DNA of 64,000 nucleotides, taken from NCBI GenBank assembly GCA_050951805.1, contig JBMNJT010000002.1, positions 1,088,001 to 1,152,000 of the forward strand. The letters are read 5' to 3'. This document shows, piece by piece, positions 9,461 to 19,055 of this stretch. Under the pieces are notes generated by a model, which searched no databases, had not been told where the DNA came from, and saw only the letters and a list, made by a program, of their open reading frames with translations. Position numbers and translations under genes: made by a program. Every line of letters starts with the position of its first letter. Positions within the stretch are counted from its first letter, which is position 1. This stretch comes from Bacillota bacterium. Lineage in GTDB: Bacteria; Bacillota; DTU025.

Positions 9461-11023
9461 ATGGGAAGGCCCCAGAGTGTCCCAGTGCTCGAAATGCGCG
9501 GTATTACCAAGCAGTTTCCTGGAGTCCTTGCAAACGACAATGTCGATTTCAGATTGGAGAAGGGCGAGATCCACGCGCTGCTTGGAGAGAATGGTGCCGG
9601 AAAGACGACGCTCATGAAGATCCTCTACGGATTGTACGAGGCCGACGAGGGAATGGTTCTTGTTGATGGAGAAGAGGTTTCCATCAAGGAGCCTAATGAT
9701 GCCATCAATCTTGGCATTGGCATGGTGCATCAACACTTCATGCTCATACCTCCTTTTACTGTTGCAGAAAACCTTGTGCTGGGAGCTGAGCCCGTAAAGA
9801 ACGGGCTTTTCATGGACATGGAGAAGGCCATAGCAAAGGCCAACGAGGTATCCGAAACCTATGGCTTGGCTGTGGACCCCAATGCCAAGGTCGTCGATAT
9901 TTCAGTGGGCATGCAGCAAAGGGTGGAAATACTCAAGGCACTGCTGCGCGGCGCTGAAATACTGGTGCTTGATGAACCTACAGCGGTGTTGACTCCCCAA
10001 GAGGTAACTGAGCTTTTCGAGATCATGCGGAACCTTACGGAACAAGGGAAATCGATCATTTTCATCAGCCACAAGCTCAAAGAGGTGCTGGATATATCAG
10101 ATCATGTGACTGTGCTCAGACGGGGCAAGTCCATAGGCACAGTTGCGACCGCCAAAACAACTCAACAAGAACTTGCCAGGATGATGGTGGGCCGCGATGT
10201 TGAACTCGTCGTTGAAAAGGGGCCTGCAAAGCCGGGCAAAAACATACTGCAAGTGAGCGAGTTGCACGTGCTCGATCAGCGGCATCTTCCAGCGGTTCGT
10301 GGAGTCTCGTTTTCAGTTCGTGCAGGAGAAATCTTCGGGATTGCCGGCGTAGATGGAAACGGCCAGAGCGAGCTCGTTGAGGCCATCACCGGGATGCGTC
10401 GGCCGACATCTGGGCGCGTTGTCATTAACGGTCATGATCTTACCGGCGCTCGCCCACGTGAGGTCTTTGAGTCCGGGGTCGTTCACATACCGTCTGACCG
10501 TCATCGACACGGACTTGTTCTGGACTTCACGATTGCAGAAAATATGATTCTTCAGACTTACTACAAACCTCCATTCAGCAACCGTGGGGAACTTGACTGG
10601 GAGACCATTCATCAAGAGGCGCGCAGGCTGATAGAGGAGTTCGACGTGAGAACCCCGAGCGAAAAGGTGGCGGCGGGCTCTTTGTCAGGAGGAAACCAAC
10701 AGAAAGTGATAGTTGCCAGAGAGCTTTCGCGACAGCCTGAGCTCATAGTAGCTGCCCAACCCACTCGTGGGCTTGATGTGGGCGCGATCGAATTCGTGCA
10801 TAGGAAGCTGGTAGAGGCAAGAGACGACGGAAAGGCCGTTCTCCTCGTCTCGCTCGAGCTCGACGAAATCCTGGCCCTGGCCGACAGAATTGCAGTGATG
10901 TATGAAGGCGAAATAGTAGGGGTAGTTGATTCTGATACGGTAACAGAAGAAGAGCTTGGATTGATGATGGCAGGAGCGATGCGCGGCCCCAAGGCCGAGA
11001 CGGCGGGAGGCGGAGGCAGATGA
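9461..11023 (+). CDS. Nucleoside/sugar ABC transporter ATPase (CUT2, two NBDs)
   Basis: GENGAGKT, LDEPT, LSGGNQQK and QPTRGLDVG motifs. Confidence 0.95.
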   Translation: MGRPQSVPVLEMRGITKQFPGVLANDNVDFRLEKGEIHALLGENGAGKTTLMKILYGLYEADEGMVLVDGEEVSIKEPNDAINLGIGMVHQHFMLIPPFTVAENLVLGAEPVKNGLFMDMEKAIAKANEVSETYGLAVDPNAKVVDISVGMQQRVEILKALLRGAEILVLDEPTAVLTPQEVTELFEIMRNLTEQGKSIIFISHKLKEVLDISDHVTVLRRGKSIGTVATAKTTQQELARMMVGRDVELVVEKGPAKPGKNILQVSELHVLDQRHLPAVRGVSFSVRAGEIFGIAGVDGNGQSELVEAITGMRRPTSGRVVINGHDLTGARPREVFESGVVHIPSDRHRHGLVLDFTIAENMILQTYYKPPFSNRGELDWETIHQEARRLIEEFDVRTPSEKVAAGSLSGGNQQKVIVARELSRQPELIVAAQPTRGLDVGAIEFVHRKLVEARDDGKAVLLVSLELDEILALADRIAVMYEGEIVGVVDSDTVTEEELGLMMAGAMRGPKAETAGGGGR

Positions 11024-12117
11024 GCGTGGAGAGTAAACGGAAGGCGTGGTGGCGTCAGCTGATTGTCCCCATTATTGCGGTGGTCTTGGGACTCCTAATT
11101 GGGGCGATTTTCATGTTATTCACTGGCGCGAAGCCCCTCGATGCGTATGGCGCACTGCTCAGCGGATGTTTCGGATCGGCAGTGAACATTTCGGAGACGG
11201 TTGTATATATTACGCCTCTCATATGCACTGGCCTGTCCATTGCAGTCGCATTTCGTGCTGGATTGTTTAACATCGGCGCAGAAGGCCAGATGATCGTGGG
11301 AATGTTGGCCTCGGCAATCATCGGCTACAAGCTGGCTGGTTTGCCCCGGATAATCCATCTTCCACTCACGATCTTTTTTGGAATGCTGGCGGGAGCGCTC
11401 TGGGCTGCAGTTCCAGGTTATCTCAAGGCTAAGTTCGGTGTACACGAGGTAGTGAACAGCATTATGATGAACTACATCGCGCTGTACCTATCCCACTACT
11501 TGGTAAATGGTCCGATAAAGGATCCGAATTTCGCGTCGCCGTATAGCCCTGAAATTGCGGACTCGGCTAAGCTGTGGAGATTCGTTGGCGGACATGGATC
11601 GGAATTCAGGGTCAACTCCGGTATTCTCATTGCGATCGCTGCAGCCATTCTCATATATCGTCTGCTTTACAAGACGACGCGGGGGTATGAGATAAGGGCA
11701 GTGGGTCTCAATGCTGAAGCGGCGCGATATGCAGGCATTGACGTCCCTTCTGCTATGGCAAGGTCTATGCTGATTGCAGGTTCCATGGCCGGGCTGGCAG
11801 GTGCTATACAAGTGTGCGGAATTCAGTACAAGTTTCTTGACCTTTTTGCGTTTGAGGGCTTTGGATTTGATGGAATAGCTGTGGCATTGCTTGCGCAGGG
11901 CAATCCCTACGGCATTTTGGCGGCGGCTTCGCTCTTTGGCGTGCTCAACAGAGGCTCACAGATGATGCAACTGTTGGCCAGGGTTCCAAAGGAGACTGCA
12001 GGCATCATCCAGGCTTCAGTAGTTTTCCTGGTGGCCGCTGAAGGAATTGTCGAAGGTTGGCTCCCGGTTCGTCGGACGGCCGGCCTTGAGGCTGCCGGGA
12101 AGGAGGAGACGCAATAA
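11020..12117 (+). CDS. Nucleoside ABC transporter permease 1
   Basis: [10 protein letters not shown] and [10 protein letters not shown] motifs; multiple TM segments. Confidence 0.93.
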   Translation: MSVESKRKAWWRQLIVPIIAVVLGLLIGAIFMLFTGAKPLDAYGALLSGCFGSAVNISETVVYITPLICTGLSIAVAFRAGLFNIGAEGQMIVGMLASAIIGYKLAGLPRIIHLPLTIFFGMLAGALWAAVPGYLKAKFGVHEVVNSIMMNYIALYLSHYLVNGPIKDPNFASPYSPEIADSAKLWRFVGGHGSEFRVNSGILIAIAAAILIYRLLYKTTRGYEIRAVGLNAEAARYAGIDVPSAMARSMLIAGSMAGLAGAIQVCGIQYKFLDLFAFEGFGFDGIAVALLAQGNPYGILAAASLFGVLNRGSQMMQLLARVPKETAGIIQASVVFLVAAEGIVEGWLPVRRTAGLEAAGKEETQ

Positions 12118-12118
12118 T

Positions 12119-13060
12119 ATGGAATTCCTATATTTCGTGGCTGACGCGTTAGCTACTACGGTGTCCCTCGCGGCACCTCTGATACTCACGGCCATTGGTG
12201 GTGTGTTTTCAGAGAGGTCGGGTGTGGTCAACATAGGGCTGGAAGGCATGATGCTGATCGGTTCTTTCATGGGCGTTCTCTTCTCCCATCTTACCGGCAA
12301 TGCCTGGATAGGGTTTTGGATGGGCGCTTTGTCTGGAGCCGCGGTGGCTGCTTTGCATGCATGGGTATGCATAAAGCACGGCGCAAACCAGACAGTATCG
12401 GGCGTGGCGATCAACATACTAGGGGCAGCTCTAACAGGCTACCTGTTGAGGGCCATATTCAACAGAGCAGGGCAGACTGAACCTGTTCCGGGCCTTGCGG
12501 CATGGACCATTCCCTTCTTGAAAGATGTTCCGATTCTCGGAGATATCTTCTACAGGAATATGCCTCCTGTATATATCGCCTTCATTGTCGTCATAGTCGC
12601 TCAGATAGTGCTTTTCAAAACTCCGCTGGGGCTCAGGATAAGGGCTTGCGGCGAACACCCGGAGGCCTCGGACACAGTAGGCGTGAACGTCGCTGGTATC
12701 AGATACTTGTGCGTGATACTCAGTGGATTCCTTGCAGGCATGGGAGGCGTCACGTTATCCCTTGGCCAACTCTCCCTCTTCAGGGAGGGAATGAGCGCGG
12801 GCAAGGGGTTCATAGCTTTGGCGGCGGTCATATTCGGCAGATGGACTCCTGTGGGAGCCATGTGGGCTTCGCTCCTGTTTGGTCTGGCAGACGGATTGCA
12901 GCTGACAGCACAGAACTGGGGATTTACTGCAATTCCGAGGGAGTTCTTGATCATGACGCCGTACATCGTTACTATGGCGGCATTGGCGGGCATCATCGGG
13001 CGGTCGGTTCCGCCGGCTGCAAGCGGGAAACCCTATGTCAGGCGTGGCGGGGGCGCTTGA
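12119..13060 (+). CDS. Nucleoside ABC transporter permease 2
   Basis: [18 protein letters not shown] and GFIALAA motifs; ATG 12119 after GGAGG. Confidence 0.93.
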   Translation: MEFLYFVADALATTVSLAAPLILTAIGGVFSERSGVVNIGLEGMMLIGSFMGVLFSHLTGNAWIGFWMGALSGAAVAALHAWVCIKHGANQTVSGVAINILGAALTGYLLRAIFNRAGQTEPVPGLAAWTIPFLKDVPILGDIFYRNMPPVYIAFIVVIVAQIVLFKTPLGLRIRACGEHPEASDTVGVNVAGIRYLCVILSGFLAGMGGVTLSLGQLSLFREGMSAGKGFIALAAVIFGRWTPVGAMWASLLFGLADGLQLTAQNWGFTAIPREFLIMTPYIVTMAALAGIIGRSVPPAASGKPYVRRGGGA

Positions 13061-13186
13061 TTACTTTGCTAGGCGGTGGAGCGGGACACGGCTTGGACGC
13101 ATCTTGAATGACAGGTGCCCAATACAGTACTGCTGTGGACATGTCGACGCCATTTACATGAGGCTGAGATGGCGCAGATGGTATTG

Positions 13187-13219
13187 AGAGGCGACCCCTC
13201 CCGTGACAGGGTCGCCTTT
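13187..13219 (+). terminator. Intrinsic terminator; target site of the group II intron
   Basis: AGAGGCGACCC...GGGTCGCCTTT 11-bp stem ending 5 nt before the intron 5' end. Confidence 0.8.
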
Positions 13220-13224
13220 GTGTC

Positions 13225-14089
13225 GTTCGCCCGGCATGTTTGTTGAGCCGATGGACTGAAAGAAGTCCTGTCACCTAACCAGCGGGAAGACAACCCCAAG
13301 GCAAGGGCGTCGCTGGTAACGGCGGGGTCTGAAGGAAGCTTTAAGGGGGAACACGGAACGTAGCGAAAGCGAACCGAAGTTGGCCTGTCAGGTGGGTAAC
13401 CTTGCGAAGTATGGGAAAGCCCGAAAGCTGGATAACCTGGGGGGTTTTGACGGACGGGTTCGTGTTCAGGCAGACAAACTTAACCGGGGAAGCCCTGCAT
13501 CATCCAGATAGCTGGTAAGCCCAAACAAGCGGAGACGCAAGGATGGGAATATGTGGTGTGGGGTGGCAGATGAGTCCGTAGTAGTTATGAACCCTCAGCC
13601 CATGAAAGCTGGCAACAGACCGGAGGATAAAACTGAGGGGACAGTGGCCAGGAGTCGCTGGGCTGCATAGGCCAAAAGCCTATGCAGTTGCGAAGGGACG
13701 AAGGCAAACCAAAGCGTGCAACCTAGTTACAGGCAAGCATGGGAGAGAGATAACAGAGGCTGAAATGCCGATGGGAACGGGGGAGCCGGGGGCGACGAGT
13801 CTGCTGGTCCCTGCGCCCGCTCAGCAGAGTATCAAAGTTTCGCGGGGTAGATTGCCTTAGAGCTAGAGACGCCTCGCAGGCCTTGGGAAGAAACTGCAAC
13901 CATGCAAGCTTGATGGCCAAGGAAGCACGGCGAGATGAATTGACCTCACGAAGTATGAGGTCGGCGTCTTGCATCTCTTCTATGAAGCGAAGTGACTAAG
14001 GTTTGCCAGGAGCCGTGTACGGGGCCCGTACGCACGGTTCTGTGAGAGGGATGACGCCAGGCCGATTACCTGGCGCCACCCTACTCGAT
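13225..14089 (+). mobile_element. ORF-less group II intron (IIC-like ribozyme)
   Basis: 5' GTTCGCCCGGCATG; DI motifs GCAAGGGCGTCGC..TCTGAAGGAAGC and CTTAACCGGGGAAG; DIV stem GGCAAACC(13703)/GGTTTGCC(14007); DV GAGCCGTGTACGGGGCCCGTACGCACGGTTC (14010-14040); DVI with bulged A14083; 3' end CTACTCGAT; no plus-strand ORF of 60 aa or more. Confidence 0.92.
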
Positions 14090-14221
14090 GTTGAAATGGC
14101 ATTGAAAATGGGCAAGCTTTCATTGGGAGTGGATCAGTGTCGTGATGCGATGGAACCTGCGCTTCGGTTCGCAACATAGGTTGCCACATAGGTAGCTTAC
14201 GGAGGGCGGGAGCGCGCCGAC

Positions 14222-14248
14222 GGAGGATTTCTTGTGATTTGGTGGAAT
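14222..14248 (+). promoter_or_regulatory. Sigma-H-type promoter overlapping the rlmN start
   Basis: GGAGGA-N17-GAAT. Confidence 0.45.
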
Positions 14249-15344
14249 GATTAAGACTGTGGATATAAAGAACATGTCATTTGAGGAATGCAGAGGGTTT
14301 TTCGCGTCGCTCGGGGAGCCGGCCTACAGGGCGGACCAGGTTTTCGAGTGGCTTCATGGCAAGCGGACGGCGGCATACGATGAAATGACAAATCTCCCTG
14401 TCTCGCTCCGCAGAACGCTTGCGGAGGTCGCTCCCTTGCGTCCTCCAGAGGTCCTCGCCGTGCACTCCTCGCCCGGAGGTGCCACGAAATACCTGATAGG
14501 CCTGGCAGATGGCAATGCTGTTGAGACGGTCTTGATGGAGCATGACTACGGATTGAGCTTGTGCGTTTCGTCTCAGGTAGGCTGCGGTATGGGGTGTGCT
14601 TTTTGTGCTTCAGGCCTTGAGGGCCTCGTGAGGAACCTGACATGCGGCGAAATGATAGACCAGATATTGGCCGTGAGCAATGGCATCGCCAACGAAAGTC
14701 CCAACAGGCGCGTCAGTTCGGTCGTTATGATGGGAAGCGGAGAGCCCTTGGCCAATTACGATAACGTTCTCAAGTTTGTGCGACTTATCAACTGGAAGAG
14801 AGGCTACGGGATAGGCTACAGGCACATAACCATCTCGACATGCGGAATCGTGCCTGGCATACGCAGGCTTGCTCAAGAAGGGCTGCCTGTGACGCTTTCC
14901 GTATCACTCCATGCGCCGGATGATCACACACGGTCTGCATTGATGAAGATAAACCAGGTCTATCCAGTGGGGCAGCTGATCGAGGCATGTATTGATTATG
15001 CGAATTCCACGGGAAGACGCGTGACGTACGAGTATTCTCTGATAGGCGGTGTTAATGATTCGAGGGACCATGCCCTGCGGCTGGCGCGCCTCTTGGGGGG
15101 CACTTTGTGCCATGTCAACCTCATACCACTCAATCCCGTGCCGGAGACGGGGTTCGCTCGTCCCTCTCAGGAGGCAGTCAATGTGTTCGCTTGCACACTT
15201 CGTTCCGCTGGGATCGAAACCACTATCAGGCGTGAGATGGGCGGCGATATAGACGCAGCCTGTGGCCAGCTGAGGCGGAGGTGGGCAGGGCGTCCAGGGG
15301 CGTCTGATCCGAGCAAAAGGCGAGATGAGGGGGGTAGAGATTGA
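14247..15344 (+). CDS. rlmN: 23S rRNA/tRNA m2A methyltransferase RlmN (radical SAM)
   Basis: CVSSQVGC.MGC.FC, MGSGEPL and DIDAACGQL motifs. Confidence 0.96.
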   Translation: MIKTVDIKNMSFEECRGFFASLGEPAYRADQVFEWLHGKRTAAYDEMTNLPVSLRRTLAEVAPLRPPEVLAVHSSPGGATKYLIGLADGNAVETVLMEHDYGLSLCVSSQVGCGMGCAFCASGLEGLVRNLTCGEMIDQILAVSNGIANESPNRRVSSVVMMGSGEPLANYDNVLKFVRLINWKRGYGIGYRHITISTCGIVPGIRRLAQEGLPVTLSVSLHAPDDHTRSALMKINQVYPVGQLIEACIDYANSTGRRVTYEYSLIGGVNDSRDHALRLARLLGGTLCHVNLIPLNPVPETGFARPSQEAVNVFACTLRSAGIETTIRREMGGDIDAACGQLRRRWAGRPGASDPSKRRDEGGRD

Positions 15345-15539
15345 ATGGTCCGTGTGGCGCTGGCAATCCTTAGGCTTGCGTGCGTGGCCTCGCTCTACTT
15401 CTTTCTATATCGCGTTTGTAGGGCTCTGGTCCTCGACGTTTCTTTTGATGCCGATTCGGATAATTTTGACGATGAAAAAATGTTGGAAGGCCAGTCTGCC
15501 GCTGTGCCCGATGCTGCTGGCGGCGATGATGCGTCTTGA
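15345..15539 (+). CDS. Small membrane protein resembling the N-terminal anchor of FhaB-type FHA proteins, without the FHA domain
   Basis: SD GAGGGGG; LRL..VA.LYFFLYRV.RAL..D TM pattern followed by an acidic tail; occupies the fhaB slot before PP2C. Confidence 0.65.
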   Translation: MVRVALAILRLACVASLYFFLYRVCRALVLDVSFDADSDNFDDEKMLEGQSAAVPDAAGGDDAS

Positions 15540-15576
15540 GTTTGTCTATGCTAGCCTGGATGGGGTGAGGGACGTG

Positions 15577-16332
15577 ATGGTTGGGTTTGCTACCGATATT
15601 GGTCTGGTGCGCGACCGCAACGAGGATGCATATCTTGCCGCGGATGGATGTTATGCCGTAGCCGACGGCATGGGCGGGCACAGGGCCGGAGAGGTGGCAT
15701 CTGAGATTGCAATCGGGGTTGTTTCGGCGGAATGCGCTAATGTTGACCTTGGCAGTCTCGACATGGCTCAGTGCATTGAGAAGGCCAACCGCAGTGTGAT
15801 TGAGGCTTCACGGCGCTGCGACGAACTGGAAGGCATGGGCACTACGTTGACGGTGGCTGCTTTTTGTGAGGGAACGCTAAGAGTAGGGCATGTGGGCGAT
15901 TCCCGCGCGTACCTGATGCGCGGGGGCGACATTATTCAGCTCACCGACGACCACTCTGTGGTGGGCGAACTGCTCAGATCTGGAATGCTCACGCCTGAAG
16001 AGGCAGAGTGTCATCCTCAACGCCATGCGATCACGAGGGCACTTGGCTTTTCTGAAAGCCTCGAAGTAGATATCGTCGAGAGGCAAGTTGAGCCGGGAGA
16101 TGTAGTTTTGCTGTGCACAGATGGCCTTCACGATATCGTTGGGGATAATGAGATAGCTGAGACGATCAAGAGGTTGCGTGACCCTAGGGAGGCATGCATG
16201 GAGCTTGTCAGATTAGCCCGTGCGCGCGGCGGGCATGACAACATAACTGTAGTCCTTGTCCGAGTCGAGGAATCGGATGTCTCATCGTCTTCGTCTTCTG
16301 CCCGCGCGTGTTCAGGGGGACTAGTGATATGA
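15577..16332 (+). CDS. prpC: PP2C-type Ser/Thr phosphatase (Stp1/PrpC)
   Basis: G.VR.RNED, ADGMGG, MGTT, HVGDSRAY, CTDGL and GGHDNIT motifs. Confidence 0.95.
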   Translation: MVGFATDIGLVRDRNEDAYLAADGCYAVADGMGGHRAGEVASEIAIGVVSAECANVDLGSLDMAQCIEKANRSVIEASRRCDELEGMGTTLTVAAFCEGTLRVGHVGDSRAYLMRGGDIIQLTDDHSVVGELLRSGMLTPEEAECHPQRHAITRALGFSESLEVDIVERQVEPGDVVLLCTDGLHDIVGDNEIAETIKRLRDPREACMELVRLARARGGHDNITVVLVRVEESDVSSSSSSARACSGGLVI

Positions 16333-17648
16333 TGGAGGATGGCAGTCTGCCAGCGAGTGCCCAAGGCACTGCGCGTCCCATAAGGGAGACGGAACGTTCG
16401 CTATTGGGGATAGTCATGCTCATGTCGCTGACGGCTGGATTCTCTTTGTCGCTTGCTAGGAATGGGACGCTGACCGGCGAGGAAGCAGCGCTCTGTTTTG
16501 TGTCATCAGCGCCATTTGCCATGACTCATCTGGTTTTTGTTGCTAAGGGTTTCGATGGCGATGAGTTAATACTGCCGCTTGCAGCTGCGGCGACAGTAAT
16601 GGGTTATCCTGTGGTATACAGGCTTAGGCCTGACTTGGCAGTTCGGCAGCTTGCCTTCATATGGCTTGGATCGGCTGTTATGGCTGTTCTTGCTATTCTT
16701 CAGAATCAAAAAAAGCTGGAGGGCTGGGGAGTTCCGGCTTTGGGCGGGTCAATTGCTCTGCTGGTCCTCACTTTGATGGTAGGAGAGGAACGCGGAGGAG
16801 CTCGCTCATGGCTGTTCTTGGGCGATATGGGGTTTCAAACGTCTGAGCTTGCCAAGATCACATGTATATTGGCGGGTGCCGAAGGGTTGTCGAAGATGCA
16901 CACTGCCGATTCCATGGCGACTGCCAGAGCGTCCGCAAGGGAGATATGGGAGTGTTCTCAGGCTAGAAGGGTGATAGTGATGTGGGCGGCCGTGATGTTG
17001 CTCACTGTGGCGCAGCGCGATGTGGGCACTGCCATGGTCATATACATTTCTTGTGTTGCAATGGCCTACGTGGCCACGGGAAACAGATTGTTGGTTCTAG
17101 TTTCGATTGGGATTGGGGCAGCTGCTGTGGCGGTCGCAGGGAGGGTCTTCCCACATGTTGGCGTCAGATTTTCCACGTGGCTGAACCCGTGGGCTGATGC
17201 AGCAGGCTCAGGTTATCAGGTAACGCAGTCGATCTATGCCCTGGCCAGTGGCGGGATACTTGGGCGGGGATACGGATGCGGGTCTCCTTGGTTGATCCCG
17301 GCTGCAGTTACCGACATGTTGTTCTCGGCATCTGCTGAGGAGATAGGGCTTGCTGGATCGATCGGCTTGATAGCGATATACTTTTTAATGGTAGGGCACG
17401 GTTATGCATGCGCTCAGCGGGCGGATTCAAGATACTCTGCACTGGTTGCGGTGGGTGCTGCCAACATGATAGCCGTGCAGACATTTGTCATTATCGGGGG
17501 GAATCTGGGTGTATTGCCCCTCACAGGCGTTACGCTTCCCTTGGCGAGTTACGGGGGAAGCTCCATGCTTACTAGCTTGGCCATCGTCGGAATTCTGCTC
17601 GGCTCTACGCGGCGCCTGCATTCCATTGATGGAGGCGCTTTGAGTTGA
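16329..17648 (+). CDS. rodA: SEDS family (RodA/FtsW) peptidoglycan polymerase
   Basis: FQ.SELAK, D.GT, TD..F...EE.G and PLTGVTLP..SYGGSS motifs. Confidence 0.88.
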   Translation: MMEDGSLPASAQGTARPIRETERSLLGIVMLMSLTAGFSLSLARNGTLTGEEAALCFVSSAPFAMTHLVFVAKGFDGDELILPLAAAATVMGYPVVYRLRPDLAVRQLAFIWLGSAVMAVLAILQNQKKLEGWGVPALGGSIALLVLTLMVGEERGGARSWLFLGDMGFQTSELAKITCILAGAEGLSKMHTADSMATARASAREIWECSQARRVIVMWAAVMLLTVAQRDVGTAMVIYISCVAMAYVATGNRLLVLVSIGIGAAAVAVAGRVFPHVGVRFSTWLNPWADAAGSGYQVTQSIYALASGGILGRGYGCGSPWLIPAAVTDMLFSASAEEIGLAGSIGLIAIYFLMVGHGYACAQRADSRYSALVAVGAANMIAVQTFVIIGGNLGVLPLTGVTLPLASYGGSSMLTSLAIVGILLGSTRRLHSIDGGALS

Positions 17649-19051
17649 ACAGGAGGATACGCAGGCTTGTCCAGGCGTGGATTGCGGGATGTGCTGTTTT
17701 GGTGGTTGCGGCAACATATTATCAGGCAATAAGCGCCGATAAACTCTCCTCAAGTCAGGCTAATCCGCGGTTGGCCAACCTTGAGCGGGATGTGATTCGC
17801 GGACCGATTCTGGACCGTAACGGTGGTGTGATATGTGATTCGGTTGGTCCTGGGTTATCGACGAGAGTATGGCGGGGGCCAGATTCGCTTGCGCCGCTCG
17901 TAGGCTATGTCAATCCCGTGCTGGGCAAGTCGGGGCTGGAGGCCGCATATGATGTTTGGCTTTCCGGCAGGCGTGGGCCATATGATGTGACAGGTCTGCT
18001 TGCGACCCTTGCCGGCCAGCCCGATCATGGTTGTGCGGTTCGGTTGACGATCGATGCCAATGTGCAGAAGGCGTGCGAGTCGGCATTGAGAGGACGCAGA
18101 GGAGCTGCGATTGTGATCAATGCGGGGACTGGAGAACTCCTCGCTGTTGCGAGCAGCCCGTGGTATTCTATGAAAGGGTTGGAGTTGTCGTGGGACAACA
18201 TCGTTTCCCGGAATGATTCGCCTCTTGTTTGTCGCCCAATCAACGGGATGTACCCGCCTGGATCCACAATCAAGATGGCCATTGCAGCCATAGCCCTCGA
18301 CAGCGGGGTAACCGACCCTAATGAGGTCTATGAGTGCGAGGGTTCTATCAGGGCGGGGGGGTCTGTTGTTCACGATCCAACGGGCGCTCATGGGGCGATC
18401 GATATAGTTGATGCCTTGGCTGTCTCCTGCAACACCACCTTTGTTGATCTCGGGCTTAGACTGGGTCCGAAACTATATGAGGAGCTTCGACGTTTCTTCT
18501 TTGATAGGAGCGTACCTTTGGATATCCCGACACCGCCTGCGAACCTTGATGTGCGCAATGCTGATGTTAGCGGAGACGCCATTGGGCAGTTGGCCATTGG
18601 GCAGGGGAACCTTCTTGTGACTCCTATGCACGTGGCAATGATGGCAGCTGCCGTCGCCAATAGGGGAATAATGATGCGCCCCTATGTTGTGGCCGATATT
18701 TCTGCAGTTGACGGCGTCCCGGTCATGGTTGCTAGTGAAAGGGCTCTTGCATCCGTCATGACGCCATCATCCGCTGATATAGTTGCCAGAGGCATGAGGC
18801 AAGCGGTGAAACGAGGGACGGCCCGTTCAGCGGCGAGGTGGGGATATGATATTGCCGGCAAGACCGGAACAGCGCAGAATCCGCATGGAAATCCTCATGC
18901 ATGGTTTGCTGGTTTTGGCGTGAACGGCAATAACAGAGTTGCCGCTGCGATAATCTTGGAAAACGCCGGCTCAGGCGGGACGGCAGCGGCGCCGCTGGGC
19001 GGCGATATTATCAGAGTAGCCCTCGATTCTATGGACAGAGCTAGGAGGTGA
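17645..19051 (+). CDS. Class B penicillin-binding protein (PbpA-like), partner of RodA
   Basis: RG.I.DRNG; SxxK (STIK), SxN (SCN) and KTGT motifs. Confidence 0.92.
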   Translation: MNRRIRRLVQAWIAGCAVLVVAATYYQAISADKLSSSQANPRLANLERDVIRGPILDRNGGVICDSVGPGLSTRVWRGPDSLAPLVGYVNPVLGKSGLEAAYDVWLSGRRGPYDVTGLLATLAGQPDHGCAVRLTIDANVQKACESALRGRRGAAIVINAGTGELLAVASSPWYSMKGLELSWDNIVSRNDSPLVCRPINGMYPPGSTIKMAIAAIALDSGVTDPNEVYECEGSIRAGGSVVHDPTGAHGAIDIVDALAVSCNTTFVDLGLRLGPKLYEELRRFFFDRSVPLDIPTPPANLDVRNADVSGDAIGQLAIGQGNLLVTPMHVAMMAAAVANRGIMMRPYVVADISAVDGVPVMVASERALASVMTPSSADIVARGMRQAVKRGTARSAARWGYDIAGKTGTAQNPHGNPHAWFAGFGVNGNNRVAAAIILENAGSGGTAAAPLGGDIIRVALDSMDRARR

Positions 19052-19055
19052 GCGG

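Noticed and set aside
13723-13974. 83-aa minus-strand ORF inside intron DIV as an intron-encoded protein
   Set aside because: Antisense to the ribozyme, with no RT or YADD motif
15325-15576. 84-aa N-terminal extension of PP2C in the ORF track
   Set aside because: PP2C homology begins near 15577 with its own SD; the region is better explained by the 64-aa ORF in another frame
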